Below, in pieces: positions 23,101-32,279 of a stretch of 64,000 bases of DNA. This DNA is from a virus. The stretch is from the IMG/VR virus record IMGVR_UViG_3300020530_000006, one strand, 5' to 3'. The notes under the pieces were generated by a model. The model saw nothing but the letters and a program-made list of their open reading frames with translations. It made no database searches and was not told the origin of the DNA. The position numbers were made by a program, and so were the translations under genes. Position 1 is the stretch's first letter; each line of letters begins with the position of its first letter.

Positions 23101-26100
23101 TGAGCTTTTATTGCTTGATTATATTGATCAATTGCTTGGGTCATTTTAGCGTCCGGACCGCCAACTCCTATTAATCCTCGTATAACTTCTGGATCTACCT
23201 TTAATCCGGCCTTTTGTAAAATATTAATAATATTATTATAGAATTTTTCTGTTGCTGCTTCTCTTTCTAATGGATCCATACCAGCAATTCTTGTTCTAAA
23301 GGCTTCAAGTGCTGGGCCTATATCATATATAGTGCCTGCTCCTTGATCAACTCTAACGAGAGAGCCAACTTGACTAGTAAATTCCGATATCCATTCTGGA
23401 TTATTTAGATTTTTAAGTATTTCATCAAAGGTTCCTCGTCTACTTTCTTGTGCTTGTCGTAGTTCTCCGATTCTAGTAAGAGCATTAGAAGCTCTTGTGG
23501 TATTATTAGCAAGCATTTCTTGTGCTTTAGCAAGCCTATCGACCGTTGTTTTATTTTTGGCTAATCTAGTGTAAAATTCATCTAAACTTTCACCCTTTTG
23601 CTGACCACCCGCTTGTGTTTGAGCAAGTTCTTTGTCTGCTTGAGCTAATCTACGAGCTATCTCTTCTGGATCTAGGGTTCCGGTTCCACGAACAATTCCA
23701 TTCGGTCCCTGAGTACTTGTTAAAGAGTCTATAGCGTTTTCAAATGGTCTATTTAATTCTGTTACTGAAACTCCTTTGCCAAGAGCTTGTTTAAGATTAT
23801 TAGCAGCATCTAATTCGATAGAAGATGCTTGGATTTGTAAATCTAAAATTCTACCAAGATGATTGGTATAATTATTCATTTCATTATTGGTTGCGCTTAG
23901 CATGTCATTGAATGCTTTCAACGAAGACTCAACAGTTGATGTAACATCAGCCAATGGCTTTAATAATCCTTGTAATTCCGGTACACTAGCAGCAATCTCT
24001 TCGAAACTCTTTCCTTGTAGTGATGTTGCTGATTTACCAAGAGCGGTAACAACATTTTTTAATGCTGTATCTAGAGTTGTTGAATCTATTTCTTCTCCTA
24101 GTGCTGCCTTTAATGGATCAAACACCTCTGTTATTCTGTCTGTAACAGATTGATCTACTTCTCCTCCAGGAGTTTTTTGAGATTGAGCAGCCTCTAGTAG
24201 AATTCGTGGTAACTCCGATTCTAATGTTTGCTGTGCTACAGCGCTAGTTTTTATTTGTTTGCTAAATTCTGGAGAAAATCCCAAAGTTTCTGATGTTCTA
24301 TCTAATGCTTGAACAAGTTCGTCTGTAGAATATGCTGTTAAATTACCTAATACATTTTCATCTAATCTTGATGGACCAACTATTTTGGCATCTCCTAGAC
24401 CAGAGGATGTTGCTATGTCTCGTAATCTACCAGCTTCTGCAAATTCAGCATCGGCCCTACTTATAACCCCTCCTAATTTTTTAATCTGTTGAGCGAACAT
24501 ATCTATTTCAACGCTCACAGCTTTTGCTGCTGCTGCATTTTTATTACGAGTCTCTATTTCTTTTAATTCTTCCGAGGACAATCTGTCTATAGCTGCTGCT
24601 CTTTTTGCATTCAAAGCTTCTAGTTTTCTTGTTTTTTCTTCTTCTGCTGTCTCAACAGTACCATTTGCTCTAATGTCTCCTCCAGTATAACGCTTAGTTT
24701 CTGCCGCAGCAATATCTGCTTCTATTTTTGTAACTTCGTCTTTGCCTCTAGCAATTGCTAGTGTTCTTTTTGTTTCAGGATTAGCATCTGCTCCTGTAAG
24801 TTTCAGATTTTTAAAAACGTCTTCTAAAGATATTCCGGATGTTAATTGTGTTTCTATGGCTCTTTGTAACGCGGTTGCTTGTGGTAAAGATTCAGATAAA
24901 AGATTTCTATTAAGGGCTGTTGTATCTATTGTTTCTGGTGTTGTTCCAAAATATGTTTCTGAAAAATTAGCGGACGCGTCCCTAAAAAACTCTCCAATAA
25001 ATCTTCCTATGGTTCCTTCTTCTAGTCCTAATAAGCCTTGTGACTCTCTGGTAACAATTTGTCTATTTTCAGCCCCAGATGACATAATAGCCATAAGAGC
25101 ATTACTAGCGTCGGATATATTGCTTGCTGTGTCTCCAACATTTTGTGAAAGATTTTGTAGTGCTTTTTCAAGTTTAGATGATTCGGTTTCTATTTTTAGT
25201 TCGTTCTGGGCTTTAGTATAAGCGTCTGCTGCCGATTCGGCATTTATAAAAGCAGAAGCTAGTCCAGCAGCAGCTCCAACAATAGCTCCGGGAGCACCAA
25301 AAGCTGAACCAACAGTAGCCCCAGAAACAACAGATGTTATCCCAGCACCAACAACAGCTCCGGTTTTACCAAAATTTTTAGTTACAGAAGAATTAATAGC
25401 TTCTGCTATCATTGGCCCAATAAACATCAAGCCTAGAGATTTTAATCCGCCACCACTATCATTAGTTTGATTCGCTGTTTGATTGGCTGCTTTTTGATTT
25501 CTACTTCTCATATTATTTATGCCGCCAGTGGCATATCCGGCATTAACCATTGCGGCTTTCAAAGCAGCTCCAGACAACCCTTGCTGTCTAAATGTCGCCA
25601 CTTGTTGAGCGGCCATATTTTTTGTAACGGTTGCGGTAGTGGTAGATAGTTGATTAAAACTAGGTATTAATTTAGAAATAACCGACACTAATCCACTAAA
25701 TACTTGAGCCATACCACCGGCCGCAAAACTTTGAACTCCTCCACCACCAGCAAAACTTTGTATATTTCCGACAGCTCCACCCTTATTAAATCCTTGTGTT
25801 TTATCAGCTTTATTAAGTTGATGTAATTTGGATGAACCTATTCTTTTTGCCGCTTTTTTATTTATAACAAATTCGCCAGGAGTTAATAGTGCCGGAACAG
25901 TATCTTGTCCAGAAATTGAACCACCCGTAGCATTAGCAGATATTAATCCTGCTGATTTTAATTTTTCAATAAGTTTACTATTGGTCGCCAACGCATTATC
26001 AAGAACATTGCCTGTTGCTTTTGGCATTTTTCTACCAATATTAGGCAATCCGAATTCACCTAATACACTATTAAGTTGTGTTTGATTTGTTGGACTTTTT

Positions 26101-29039
26101 TTAGCAATATCAAATAGATTCTGAGCGGTAAAAGCATTAGGAGCTAATTTTATTGATTTAGAAAATTCTCCTTTATTTACTGCTTTAGTAAATCTAGATA
26201 TCTGATCAACAAAACTTGATATACCTTTACCAACGCCTCCGGAAGTTCTTGTTGCATCAGTTGGTACATCTGTTGGAAATTGACCAAACAATTTAGAAGC
26301 AGTACCTAGGCCAAATGGAAAATCTATAGATTTTAATGATTCTACCTTATCAATAAATGGAGCACCAACCATTTGTAAAGCGGCTTCAAATATGCTTCCA
26401 GTAGCACTACTTAATACTGCTCCACTTAAAATATTTTTTTCTAAGTTTCCAGATGCTGGTGTTGCTTTTATGGATGATGCTAATGCTTTACCAGTATTTA
26501 CAATCACTCCTTCTAAACTATCAACGATATCTTTTTCAATATTGCCATATTGAGATTTATTGTCTGATAAAGCTCCGACATGAATTCTTGCTCTTTTACC
26601 AGTATCTTTAATTGGCCTATTCTCTATCCTACCTCCTTTGGAAGTACCTGACTTTAACGATACTAATCCAAAATTATAATTGCCTTGTCTATCAATCATA
26701 TTTCTATTAATTAGATTTTCAAAACTACCAGCATCCTCAACCTGAGATTTTAATTGTGGACTAAGTTCTTGAACCTTGGCTCCTTTTTTAAATTTTTGAA
26801 CTATACCACCATTATTAAATGGATATAGTTGCATAAATTTTTGTTTTTGTCCACGCCCCATCTCTATGGTATCTAAATTACCAATATTCACATCATCTGT
26901 ATTTGGAGTAAAATTATATCTAGAAAGAGTATTTTGTTGATATTTATATCTAAATAATTTACTTAAAAGATCTAGTATTGGAACTTTTTTACTAGTAAAT
27001 TTAACTTCAGTAGGATTTTTTCTACCAATAATATCAACAGGATAACTTTGTGGAGTTCTTGTTCCTCCATAAAATTTTTCAACACCTGTTTCGAAAGCGT
27101 CTCCAGCAGCTATATCTTTTAGTTTTTTATCGGATGCTTTAGGACTTTTTTGTTTTAATTGAAGATATCTCTGTTTTGCGTTGTTTTGAATAAATGTCCA
27201 CTTAGGATCATTTGGTTTAATGGTTTCTGATTTACGATTAATATTTCCTCTAATGCTGTCATTTGGTTGTATTTTTGAGCTATATGCTTTTTTAATTGTT
27301 TCCGAACCACTTCTTCTTTCTAAATCTTTTAATTTAACCGGGCCTCCACCAGCATATTTATTCATATTCTTCAAACCATTAAGACCAATTGCTTGTACTG
27401 CTTTTTTACGAATAACAAATTCGCCAGGAGTTAACATAGCAGGAACGGTATCTCTATTTCCTGATCCTGGTACATATCCACCACTAGCAAACGCTCTTAC
27501 TGGTCCACCATCATTTTTTCGAGCTATGTTTCTACCAAAACCACCAACAAATTGACCAATCGCAGGGATGGCTTTTATAGCTGTTAGTGCTGCTATTGCT
27601 GGTAAAACTTCTTTAGCCGCAGAAGCCACGCTTATAAGAGCGCTCGCTAATTGAAGAGAAATATCCACAAATCTTTGAAAGTTTTTACTTTGTCCTATAT
27701 CACGAATTAAAGCTATAAATTCTTCTCTGACTTTTGTAATTTTATTAGCTAAAGATATTTGTGCTATTGCTGCATCTTCAGCCAAAGATCCGGCTCCTCT
27801 TTGAGCGACCCCTAGAGCCTGTTGAGCAACCGTGAATTGTTGAATAAGAGGAATAACCTTGCCGATTTGTCGGAAGCCACCAAGTTCTTCTACTATTTTA
27901 TTAAATCTAAGATCTCTTGGATCTAATAATTTTAAGCCTTCGCTAAGTCTTCTGATTGCTTCGTATGGTCCAACGAATTTACCTTCTAAATCTGTTAAAA
28001 CAACACCATATTCTTTTAGTGCTTCTATGGTGCTTCCTCTTTGAATTCTTGTAAAGATAGTTCTTAAACCAGTAGCAATTGTTTCTGCACTTTCACGAGT
28101 GGTTTGACGAACACTTGTAAATACAGCAATAAATTCATTAAGAGCGTCTTTGCCTTGGCTAACTCCTTTACTAGCAGCAGCGAACACACCGCCCGTTCTT
28201 TGAATAGCTTTAATAATATCTCCTGATTCTACCGCGAACGCAGCAGCAACAGCATTTACAGAACCAAGCGAACTTTCTAGATCACTAGCACTAATACCGA
28301 ACTGTCTCATTAAAGCGATACTACCTTCTACGGTATCATTTAAATTATCGAAAGACGGAGCTAATGCGGATTTAGCTAAGGCTTCTAATGCCGTTTTTGT
28401 TTCTGTCGCACTTAAACCAGCCTGGGCGAGTGTTGAACTCACGGTCAATAAGTCTGAACTTGTCACACCAAGACTAGTGGATAGTCTGGTTATTTCGTTA
28501 GTGATGCCTTTCAATCCGTTTTCTGTTGCTCCAGTAACTTGTTGTAGTTTAACAAGTTCTTTATTAAAATTTAAGAATTCTCCATAGGCAGAGGCTACTG
28601 CTCTACTTAGCGCATATATGCCTCCGGTAGCAACACTAAACGCTGCGAATCTTCTGACCGCAAGAGCTGACTGCTTACCAAACTCTTCCATCTGTGATGT
28701 TATTTGAGCAGTGCTTTTTCTAGCATTATTAACTTGATTAGCTATATTATTTACGCCACCACCAAGATTATTCATTCCTCTAGAGGCATTTCCAATAGCT
28801 GTTCCAAGATTACTTAGAGCAGTATTTAAATTAGCAGCATTGGTTGATGCGCTTTTCAATGCAGCATTTAGTGACTGTATATTTCCGGTAGCTTGTTGTA
28901 TGCTAGATAGTGATCTAGGATTAATATTAAGATCAAGAGTTACTGTTGATAATTGACGACGAATATCAGATACAACTTTACTAAGATTGGACGGTCCTCT
29001 TAGATTAATTTCCGCGGTTAGATTAAAAGCTGATGCCAT
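17169..29039 (-). CDS. Tape measure protein, 3956 aa, multi-domain
   Basis: N-terminal TP901-like TMP core (LAQAGLSA...IATGLRTIFTRI); follows tail tube and chaperone genes; five DTVPA[ML]LTPGEFV motifs. Confidence 0.9.
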   Translation of the reverse strand: MASAFNLTAEINLRGPSNLSKVVSDIRRQLSTVTLDLNINPRSLSSIQQATGNIQSLNAALKSASTNAANLNTALSNLGTAIGNASRGMNNLGGGVNNIANQVNNARKSTAQITSQMEEFGKQSALAVRRFAAFSVATGGIYALSRAVASAYGEFLNFNKELVKLQQVTGATENGLKGITNEITRLSTSLGVTSSDLLTVSSTLAQAGLSATETKTALEALAKSALAPSFDNLNDTVEGSIALMRQFGISASDLESSLGSVNAVAAAFAVESGDIIKAIQRTGGVFAAASKGVSQGKDALNEFIAVFTSVRQTTRESAETIATGLRTIFTRIQRGSTIEALKEYGVVLTDLEGKFVGPYEAIRRLSEGLKLLDPRDLRFNKIVEELGGFRQIGKVIPLIQQFTVAQQALGVAQRGAGSLAEDAAIAQISLANKITKVREEFIALIRDIGQSKNFQRFVDISLQLASALISVASAAKEVLPAIAALTAIKAIPAIGQFVGGFGRNIARKNDGGPVRAFASGGYVPGSGNRDTVPAMLTPGEFVIRKKAVQAIGLNGLKNMNKYAGGGPVKLKDLERRSGSETIKKAYSSKIQPNDSIRGNINRKSETIKPNDPKWTFIQNNAKQRYLQLKQKSPKASDKKLKDIAAGDAFETGVEKFYGGTRTPQSYPVDIIGRKNPTEVKFTSKKVPILDLLSKLFRYKYQQNTLSRYNFTPNTDDVNIGNLDTIEMGRGQKQKFMQLYPFNNGGIVQKFKKGAKVQELSPQLKSQVEDAGSFENLINRNMIDRQGNYNFGLVSLKSGTSKGGRIENRPIKDTGKRARIHVGALSDNKSQYGNIEKDIVDSLEGVIVNTGKALASSIKATPASGNLEKNILSGAVLSSATGSIFEAALQMVGAPFIDKVESLKSIDFPFGLGTASKLFGQFPTDVPTDATRTSGGVGKGISSFVDQISRFTKAVNKGEFSKSIKLAPNAFTAQNLFDIAKKSPTNQTQLNSVLGEFGLPNIGRKMPKATGNVLDNALATNSKLIEKLKSAGLISANATGGSISGQDTVPALLTPGEFVINKKAAKRIGSSKLHQLNKADKTQGFNKGGAVGNIQSFAGGGGVQSFAAGGMAQVFSGLVSVISKLIPSFNQLSTTTATVTKNMAAQQVATFRQQGLSGAALKAAMVNAGYATGGINNMRSRNQKAANQTANQTNDSGGGLKSLGLMFIGPMIAEAINSSVTKNFGKTGAVVGAGITSVVSGATVGSAFGAPGAIVGAAAGLASAFINAESAADAYTKAQNELKIETESSKLEKALQNLSQNVGDTASNISDASNALMAIMSSGAENRQIVTRESQGLLGLEEGTIGRFIGEFFRDASANFSETYFGTTPETIDTTALNRNLLSESLPQATALQRAIETQLTSGISLEDVFKNLKLTGADANPETKRTLAIARGKDEVTKIEADIAAAETKRYTGGDIRANGTVETAEEEKTRKLEALNAKRAAAIDRLSSEELKEIETRNKNAAAAKAVSVEIDMFAQQIKKLGGVISRADAEFAEAGRLRDIATSSGLGDAKIVGPSRLDENVLGNLTAYSTDELVQALDRTSETLGFSPEFSKQIKTSAVAQQTLESELPRILLEAAQSQKTPGGEVDQSVTDRITEVFDPLKAALGEEIDSTTLDTALKNVVTALGKSATSLQGKSFEEIAASVPELQGLLKPLADVTSTVESSLKAFNDMLSATNNEMNNYTNHLGRILDLQIQASSIELDAANNLKQALGKGVSVTELNRPFENAIDSLTSTQGPNGIVRGTGTLDPEEIARRLAQADKELAQTQAGGQQKGESLDEFYTRLAKNKTTVDRLAKAQEMLANNTTRASNALTRIGELRQAQESRRGTFDEILKNLNNPEWISEFTSQVGSLVRVDQGAGTIYDIGPALEAFRTRIAGMDPLEREAATEKFYNNIINILQKAGLKVDPEVIRGLIGVGGPDAKMTQAIDQYNQAIKAQTDATLLLSERMEDSSEILKTKVIEAADAFLDRIKNAGDLPLEARPVGVGIDGNPANVAGYASRGGMIYASKGQLVNFQPKGTDTVPAMLTPGEFVVNARATKKNMGLLKSINNGSNNTGYSKGGMVYLADGGVIDINKGKQLFSKFLTSSGDDKYYADLLGSGSQADLDAIFKDLRATSERPLGYESLAPEDIESVDAAINEFIKNYEFGRSKAANAEGDKVREARAADAPRLAQLQAEELRKAVNAGIVSADDLGIRDGDYSTASRPLSIDERDKLRQAQINAQAAEREQQRKQEFEGRFAEIEKTKRQMETVKQADTQARTEINPLTKKPFSSDAEKQGVLARQAFEAQQKVLSDDKARKLRLKEETKMYQAESFGASLVDMYRNSSYYNQTSDPILREFIENRIREQTPSIYGTDWDRRRVNVPLAKSRSSLRARIGEIVTSATVEYNRQGRARQEMVAKSQEDFAKKNMDTALQQFGEGVDKSPVLAAVSAVPKNVANVIRTTVGGAGVLAGGLTYGAGKLTGSDMLTQFGQELAKSGGAQAGMGIEGIRQVGSGLGSRLGFGEAYGTAEQEAMKRREALISQEVERASGAYQTDNRTTLGNLLTPENVVRGAITTGDIFGEAAGDIGGEKLFGRLFPNAFKGMAKSVGPRPPTPVKTTTASADLFDNTNVRFPTGASSDIANRTTSGTGTNFANMTANLLDQKASTEFGQTVGRGLGILGGGIKKGFFGGVDLAEKGLAGLQDFTGKALMGTASISGKSVMGAASIAGKGVMGAGKGAMGAARGLLQFEKSPILNSLRKIGVLPKIDWMKKQARKTARAQGAGRFGLGEKIMGFGENISNIFRDRSTRKWFENLQKQQKLSENPLEDLVKLGSEKRTKTTQPIPETPKPITQIEQPKPITQEKPLSFGDAIRARAAEQGITVEQKLEELRNLFPEGRSTIKSGLSSPIGARSSKSIKDIALSSKAKAYAENIPQAQRDAFEALSRNVNPDKQEAFLIDMLEKASADELAWIDDPAAFETHLNKVANKWSTNFRARGLPDTSSYIKKAKGIFTKKGSVSSNPVIGVGPGSQMSTGVHESTHFAAGMAGKLNMTYDELKKMVDPKLLDSFLDTEYNDIAKGLNSAYNAKFVRNPNSNVAGAEFFTTLNQAAFDPATKDLFEKSSKAQEILRQMWKAHGYKKGGTVYASKGTLVPYQPRGTDTVPAMLTPGEFVVNARATKNNLGLLRSINGGAKGYSKGGVAYLQDGGDVQKPEQKDGDGLLGMRHLGEGMDLLFASSFTDQNLTPEQFEYAAKEIETGLGWIKGQSELSPNTIDNQAVMDFETAIMSLIQSSGEEISKMSNIEFDAWRTPYNDAYNKLKQSLQNRQGPPTYILDDMVSLFDNQTPTPTQQPAGVSAPQTIGSKLIGMLPESIRGVVGTTAASIQTMQSMNTKAEEMLENVSGAQPDYYDEPTYREFIKGLVGMTPPQPPVPPIKDKFITDARYIKKADEELFGETTPGKTQRITGLDTREKGKIVQSDNDETAQTEQKNRENIFAIKEFDRLRSELLIRAQEQSLEEDPLKTDTTTYLTAVNDYIKNNFGKTIESFEEFGLPSIYSLEDFKNKSLETFLVPKDFDKKRFEEKKKADAAWALENNAEDPFKNRKLSGVREGDLSSLSLGLKAGSALVGELGNESNKIVGYKSAYSQYKDSLAFYKVQRGKFNYSSMQEDKRKNYEDSKKNKQLAYQQEMERRRTQNMSTGGIVYASKGQLVNYQPRGTDTVPAMLTPGEFVVNRKATRQNLGLLQQINSQNYNTGGMVKPKYFADGGVNGGNISSSGGSSGGVLSIDTSNLDGSFSSFDSIVGQLSGSIQEFVSGGSAIISGFGALDSIVSGFTALSTAAALLGGASTGLTTSIGEFNTAVGRLQSALDGIPDSISLNVTGSIPVNVTVTVNGGQGLGEKLEQFADDIYNTISTELSNKTNGGIKLDLRTSKK
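17778..27452 (-). repeat. Five dispersed DTVPA[ML]LTPGEFV coding repeats in the TMP
   Basis: Copies at 27414-27452, 25866-25904, 22815-22853, 19452-19490, 17778-17816; the last three share the longer GG.[IV]YASKG.LV.[FY]QP.GT prefix. Confidence 0.95.
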
Positions 29040-29071
29040 ATGGTGTTCCTTTTAAATCTAGTATAAAATAC

Positions 29072-29098
29072 AAAAAGGCACGCGTATACAACGTGCCT
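29072..29098 (-). terminator. Rho-independent terminator-like hairpin upstream of the TMP
   Basis: AGGCACG-loop-CGTGCCT followed by TTTT on the - strand. Confidence 0.65.
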
Positions 29099-29127
29099 GA
29101 TTGTATTCAATCTTTAAAGTTAAATTA

Positions 29128-30015
29128 TCAAGAGTCCACAGATACTGGCTTAGTTTCATTAACCAATTCTGTTTTAGGCTCTTCTGGAGTCTGGGGTTTT
29201 GGTTGAACTTCAGCACTATCTTCGACAATAGGATTACCATCATCATCAGTAAATGGTTTAAAGTCGGTGATGTAGTCTCCATTTTCATCAACAAGGTTTC
29301 CGTTTTTGTCAACATATTCCCCTTTTTCGTTAATAAATCTTCCAAAAGTATCTATTAGTCTACCATCACTATCAACAAGTTTTCCTTCTGCGTTTACCAA
29401 ACGTAATTTATCATCCACAAACTTATACTTAATTAAAAATTTATTTTCTGGTAATTTCTTTTCGTAATCATTATCCAGGCCGTAAAGCATATTCGCCAAG
29501 ACTTGAGCCGCTTTGATCGCTATAGGCTCTGCGGCTTTTGACAAATATTCTTCATAACTCTTAAAATACTTCTTGTCTTTATTAGATGAATACACCAAGC
29601 AGGCAGATATTAAATAGTTAAATCTAGCATTATCAGCTTGACCTTCTGCTGTGTGATTATCCAAATTGGTTCTAACAGAGATCAGCTCTCTCATGTCCTC
29701 TCTGAGACCTTTCATTTTAATGGCTATCTCTTTAGCCGATTTTAGATTAATACCACCTTTGGATAGTGTCTTTTCATAATCTAATATCTGTTGTTGCAAG
29801 GTATTGAACTTGACCTGTTTGTTATCATCCCACAGACCTTGTTCTTTTAATAGATCATCTAGTCTAGCTCGTACAATACATCCTGACTTTACAGCATCAG
29901 AGAAGGCTTGATTATATACCTTCTGGGCCTCTCTCTGATCCCCTAGAGAGGGAGATTTAATTGTAAAGTCCTGTTCTGAACCATCAATAAAAAATTTAAA
30001 AGAATCTAAGTTCAT
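29128..30015 (-). CDS. Probable tail assembly chaperone
   Basis: Immediately upstream of the TMP; helical, with C-terminal 7-residue xVDxxGx repeats. Confidence 0.5.
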   Translation of the reverse strand: MNLDSFKFFIDGSEQDFTIKSPSLGDQREAQKVYNQAFSDAVKSGCIVRARLDDLLKEQGLWDDNKQVKFNTLQQQILDYEKTLSKGGINLKSAKEIAIKMKGLREDMRELISVRTNLDNHTAEGQADNARFNYLISACLVYSSNKDKKYFKSYEEYLSKAAEPIAIKAAQVLANMLYGLDNDYEKKLPENKFLIKYKFVDDKLRLVNAEGKLVDSDGRLIDTFGRFINEKGEYVDKNGNLVDENGDYITDFKPFTDDDGNPIVEDSAEVQPKPQTPEEPKTELVNETKPVSVDS

Positions 30016-30018
30016 AAT

Positions 30019-30321
30019 TTACTCCTTATTTGTCTTGTTATTAATAATAAAATGATATCTAAATATTTCGTTTTCCTTTTCTATATAATCTATAATTTCA
30101 TCAATAGCTTCTCTCATTTGATTATTGCCATGATTAAGTATAGATGTTCTAGTATATTCCCATAGTTCAGCAAGCTCTTCTTGTTTATCTGTTAATTTAC
30201 CATCGGAATTATGGTTCCAAAGGTGTCCAAAATTATCTTCAAATCTAGCGAGGCATCCAATCATTGTGGTTTGAAATCTTTTACTTATACTATTAACTAT
30301 TCCTTTTCTATTATTTTTCAT
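30019..30321 (-). CDS. Hypothetical protein
   Basis: ORF between tail tube and TMP. Confidence 0.6.
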   Translation of the reverse strand: MKNNRKGIVNSISKRFQTTMIGCLARFEDNFGHLWNHNSDGKLTDKQEELAELWEYTRTSILNHGNNQMREAIDEIIDYIEKENEIFRYHFIINNKTNKE

Positions 30322-30323
30322 AA

Positions 30324-31346
30324 TTATTTCCTTCTAGAACTAATTTCTTGTTTTACATTTTCTTTTACAAAATTCAAATCTTGCCACTTAGTTTCTTTTT
30401 GCTGACTAGCAGCAATCATTTCTTGTATTTGTTGTTTTCCTTTGTCGTCATTCACACTAAATATTTCTTGTGATTCTTTGGCGTCGTTTGTTATTAAGAA
30501 TATTTCATCTTTATTTTTATTTTTATCACCAACCTTGCCAAGAATAGCGTTTTTCTTCTTTTCCTTTTCTGCTTTTCTATTTTGATGTAAAAACCATCCA
30601 TCTAAAGCATCATCATCTTTTATTATATCCTCAGATGGAGATTCTTGGTGTTGTCTAGCATTATCATACATCTTATGTAAACCTATTAAATGTCTATAGT
30701 CATCATTTATATCTAAAAAATTCATAATTAAATTTGCACAATTAGAGTAGGATCTCCATAGGTCGGACTTTACTACTAATCTAAGCTTGGTCGCATCAAT
30801 AGTATTGATAACTATCTCATGAATAAATTTTTGTAAATATAAACTATCATGGGTTTCTTTTTCTGGATTATCAAAATACAATTTATCATCAAGATAGATA
30901 GTGTTCATTATAATAAATTCGTTTTTAATAGAGAGAGCTTGTTCTTCTATGCCCAAATGATTCATTGATGTTTTTTGAGTATATTGTTGATTGATTAACT
31001 TATTTAGTGTTTTTATGCTATTTTTTATGTTCTTTTTTTTCTTCTCATTTATATAATTTAAATATAGATCTATTTTTAGATCCTCTAAAATTTTATTATT
31101 ATTTTCCAGTTCTTCTTCTTTAGTCTTGTTCCATATATTATTATGATCCAAATAAATAGATATCTCTGCTGGAGTTAACCATGCTTTGTCATATTTATTG
31201 TCCTCTATAATTTTTTCATATAATAATTGAGCTTTATATTTTATATCCAAACTAGGATAAATAATTTTATAAGTTATATTATGTATAACTATATAGTAGT
31301 ATCCTAATAAAATTCTGTATAGAATTTTTTCTACATCTATTTCCAT
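30324..31346 (-). CDS. Possible tail assembly chaperone
   Basis: Position between tail tube and TMP; helical and charged; some resemblance to 29128-30015. Confidence 0.4.
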   Translation of the reverse strand: MEIDVEKILYRILLGYYYIVIHNITYKIIYPSLDIKYKAQLLYEKIIEDNKYDKAWLTPAEISIYLDHNNIWNKTKEEELENNNKILEDLKIDLYLNYINEKKKKNIKNSIKTLNKLINQQYTQKTSMNHLGIEEQALSIKNEFIIMNTIYLDDKLYFDNPEKETHDSLYLQKFIHEIVINTIDATKLRLVVKSDLWRSYSNCANLIMNFLDINDDYRHLIGLHKMYDNARQHQESPSEDIIKDDDALDGWFLHQNRKAEKEKKKNAILGKVGDKNKNKDEIFLITNDAKESQEIFSVNDDKGKQQIQEMIAASQQKETKWQDLNFVKENVKQEISSRRK

Positions 31347-31349
31347 AAT

Positions 31350-32246
31350 CTACGCACACGGATCATTTATGGGCATTATTGTAACTGGTTTTATATTTTG
31401 ACTATTAGTAACTTTATAACTAGTAAATGTAGCCGATAGTGTTTGATTGCTGTTTGAACCAGCGTCTGCTCCAGAATAATTTAAATTCGTCAAATATGCT
31501 TCTGGTATTGTAATGCTACCTCCTCCACAGTTTAAAGATATAGTAATATTTTGTTTGTAGGTTGAAGGATTTTGACACGCAGACTGTAGAGCATCTATGG
31601 TATAGGTGTCTACAGATTGTGTCAGAACCTCAAAAGTTACTGTTGTTTCTAGAGGAAAATTAACATAACTTGCATATGGTTTTCTTGTTGCGAATTCGTT
31701 AACTGGTGTTCTATTTATAGTAAAATTAATTGAAATATTTTGAAGTGCCTGTTGCCCCAATCCGGCGGGTAGTCCGCTAGCAAAGGCTTGTCTTCTGAGA
31801 ACAGTTCCTGTGGATTCTGCTGCTAATCCAGCGGCTGATCCTGTCAATTTAGAAAATCCTATATATTTTCTTTCCACAGTAAATGGAGCATCCACTGGTA
31901 AATTATAGGTTACACTATTTAATAGGGCAAACGAGCATCTCGCTGTTGATTTATTACCAGAAAGGAATGGGGCGGTATCGTCTCCTATAATCAAGTCAAA
32001 TCCTGTTGGATCATTGATGCCATTTTCAGAAGCAAACCCGGTAAGACTAGATAAATATTGAGAGTATGTAAACTCTACATTTGGCATTTCACCATAAGTT
32101 GATACGGGATCTCTTCTGCCTCTAGCAAAAATATTGCTAAATGCTCTGTTCAGAGATAAAGATCCTGAAATAACTCTCTGGTATGCTGCTGATTTGCACT
32201 CAGCAACACCCAAACATCCATAAAATACTCTGTTGTTTCCTGGCAC
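31350..32246 (-). CDS. Tail tube protein paralogue (minor tube)
   Basis: NRVFY start, RRQ, YVNFPLETTVTFEV shared with 32280-33173. Confidence 0.7.
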   Translation of the reverse strand: MPGNNRVFYGCLGVAECKSAAYQRVISGSLSLNRAFSNIFARGRRDPVSTYGEMPNVEFTYSQYLSSLTGFASENGINDPTGFDLIIGDDTAPFLSGNKSTARCSFALLNSVTYNLPVDAPFTVERKYIGFSKLTGSAAGLAAESTGTVLRRQAFASGLPAGLGQQALQNISINFTINRTPVNEFATRKPYASYVNFPLETTVTFEVLTQSVDTYTIDALQSACQNPSTYKQNITISLNCGGGSITIPEAYLTNLNYSGADAGSNSNQTLSATFTSYKVTNSQNIKPVTIMPINDPCA

Positions 32247-32279
32247 AAACTTTTCCTTTGAGTTTGTTTATATATCGAA

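Noticed and set aside
29058-29345. Programmed -1 frameshift extension of the tail chaperone
   Set aside because: The overlapping ORF is in the +1 frame relative to 29128-30015, runs into a terminator hairpin, and no convincing slippery heptamer was found
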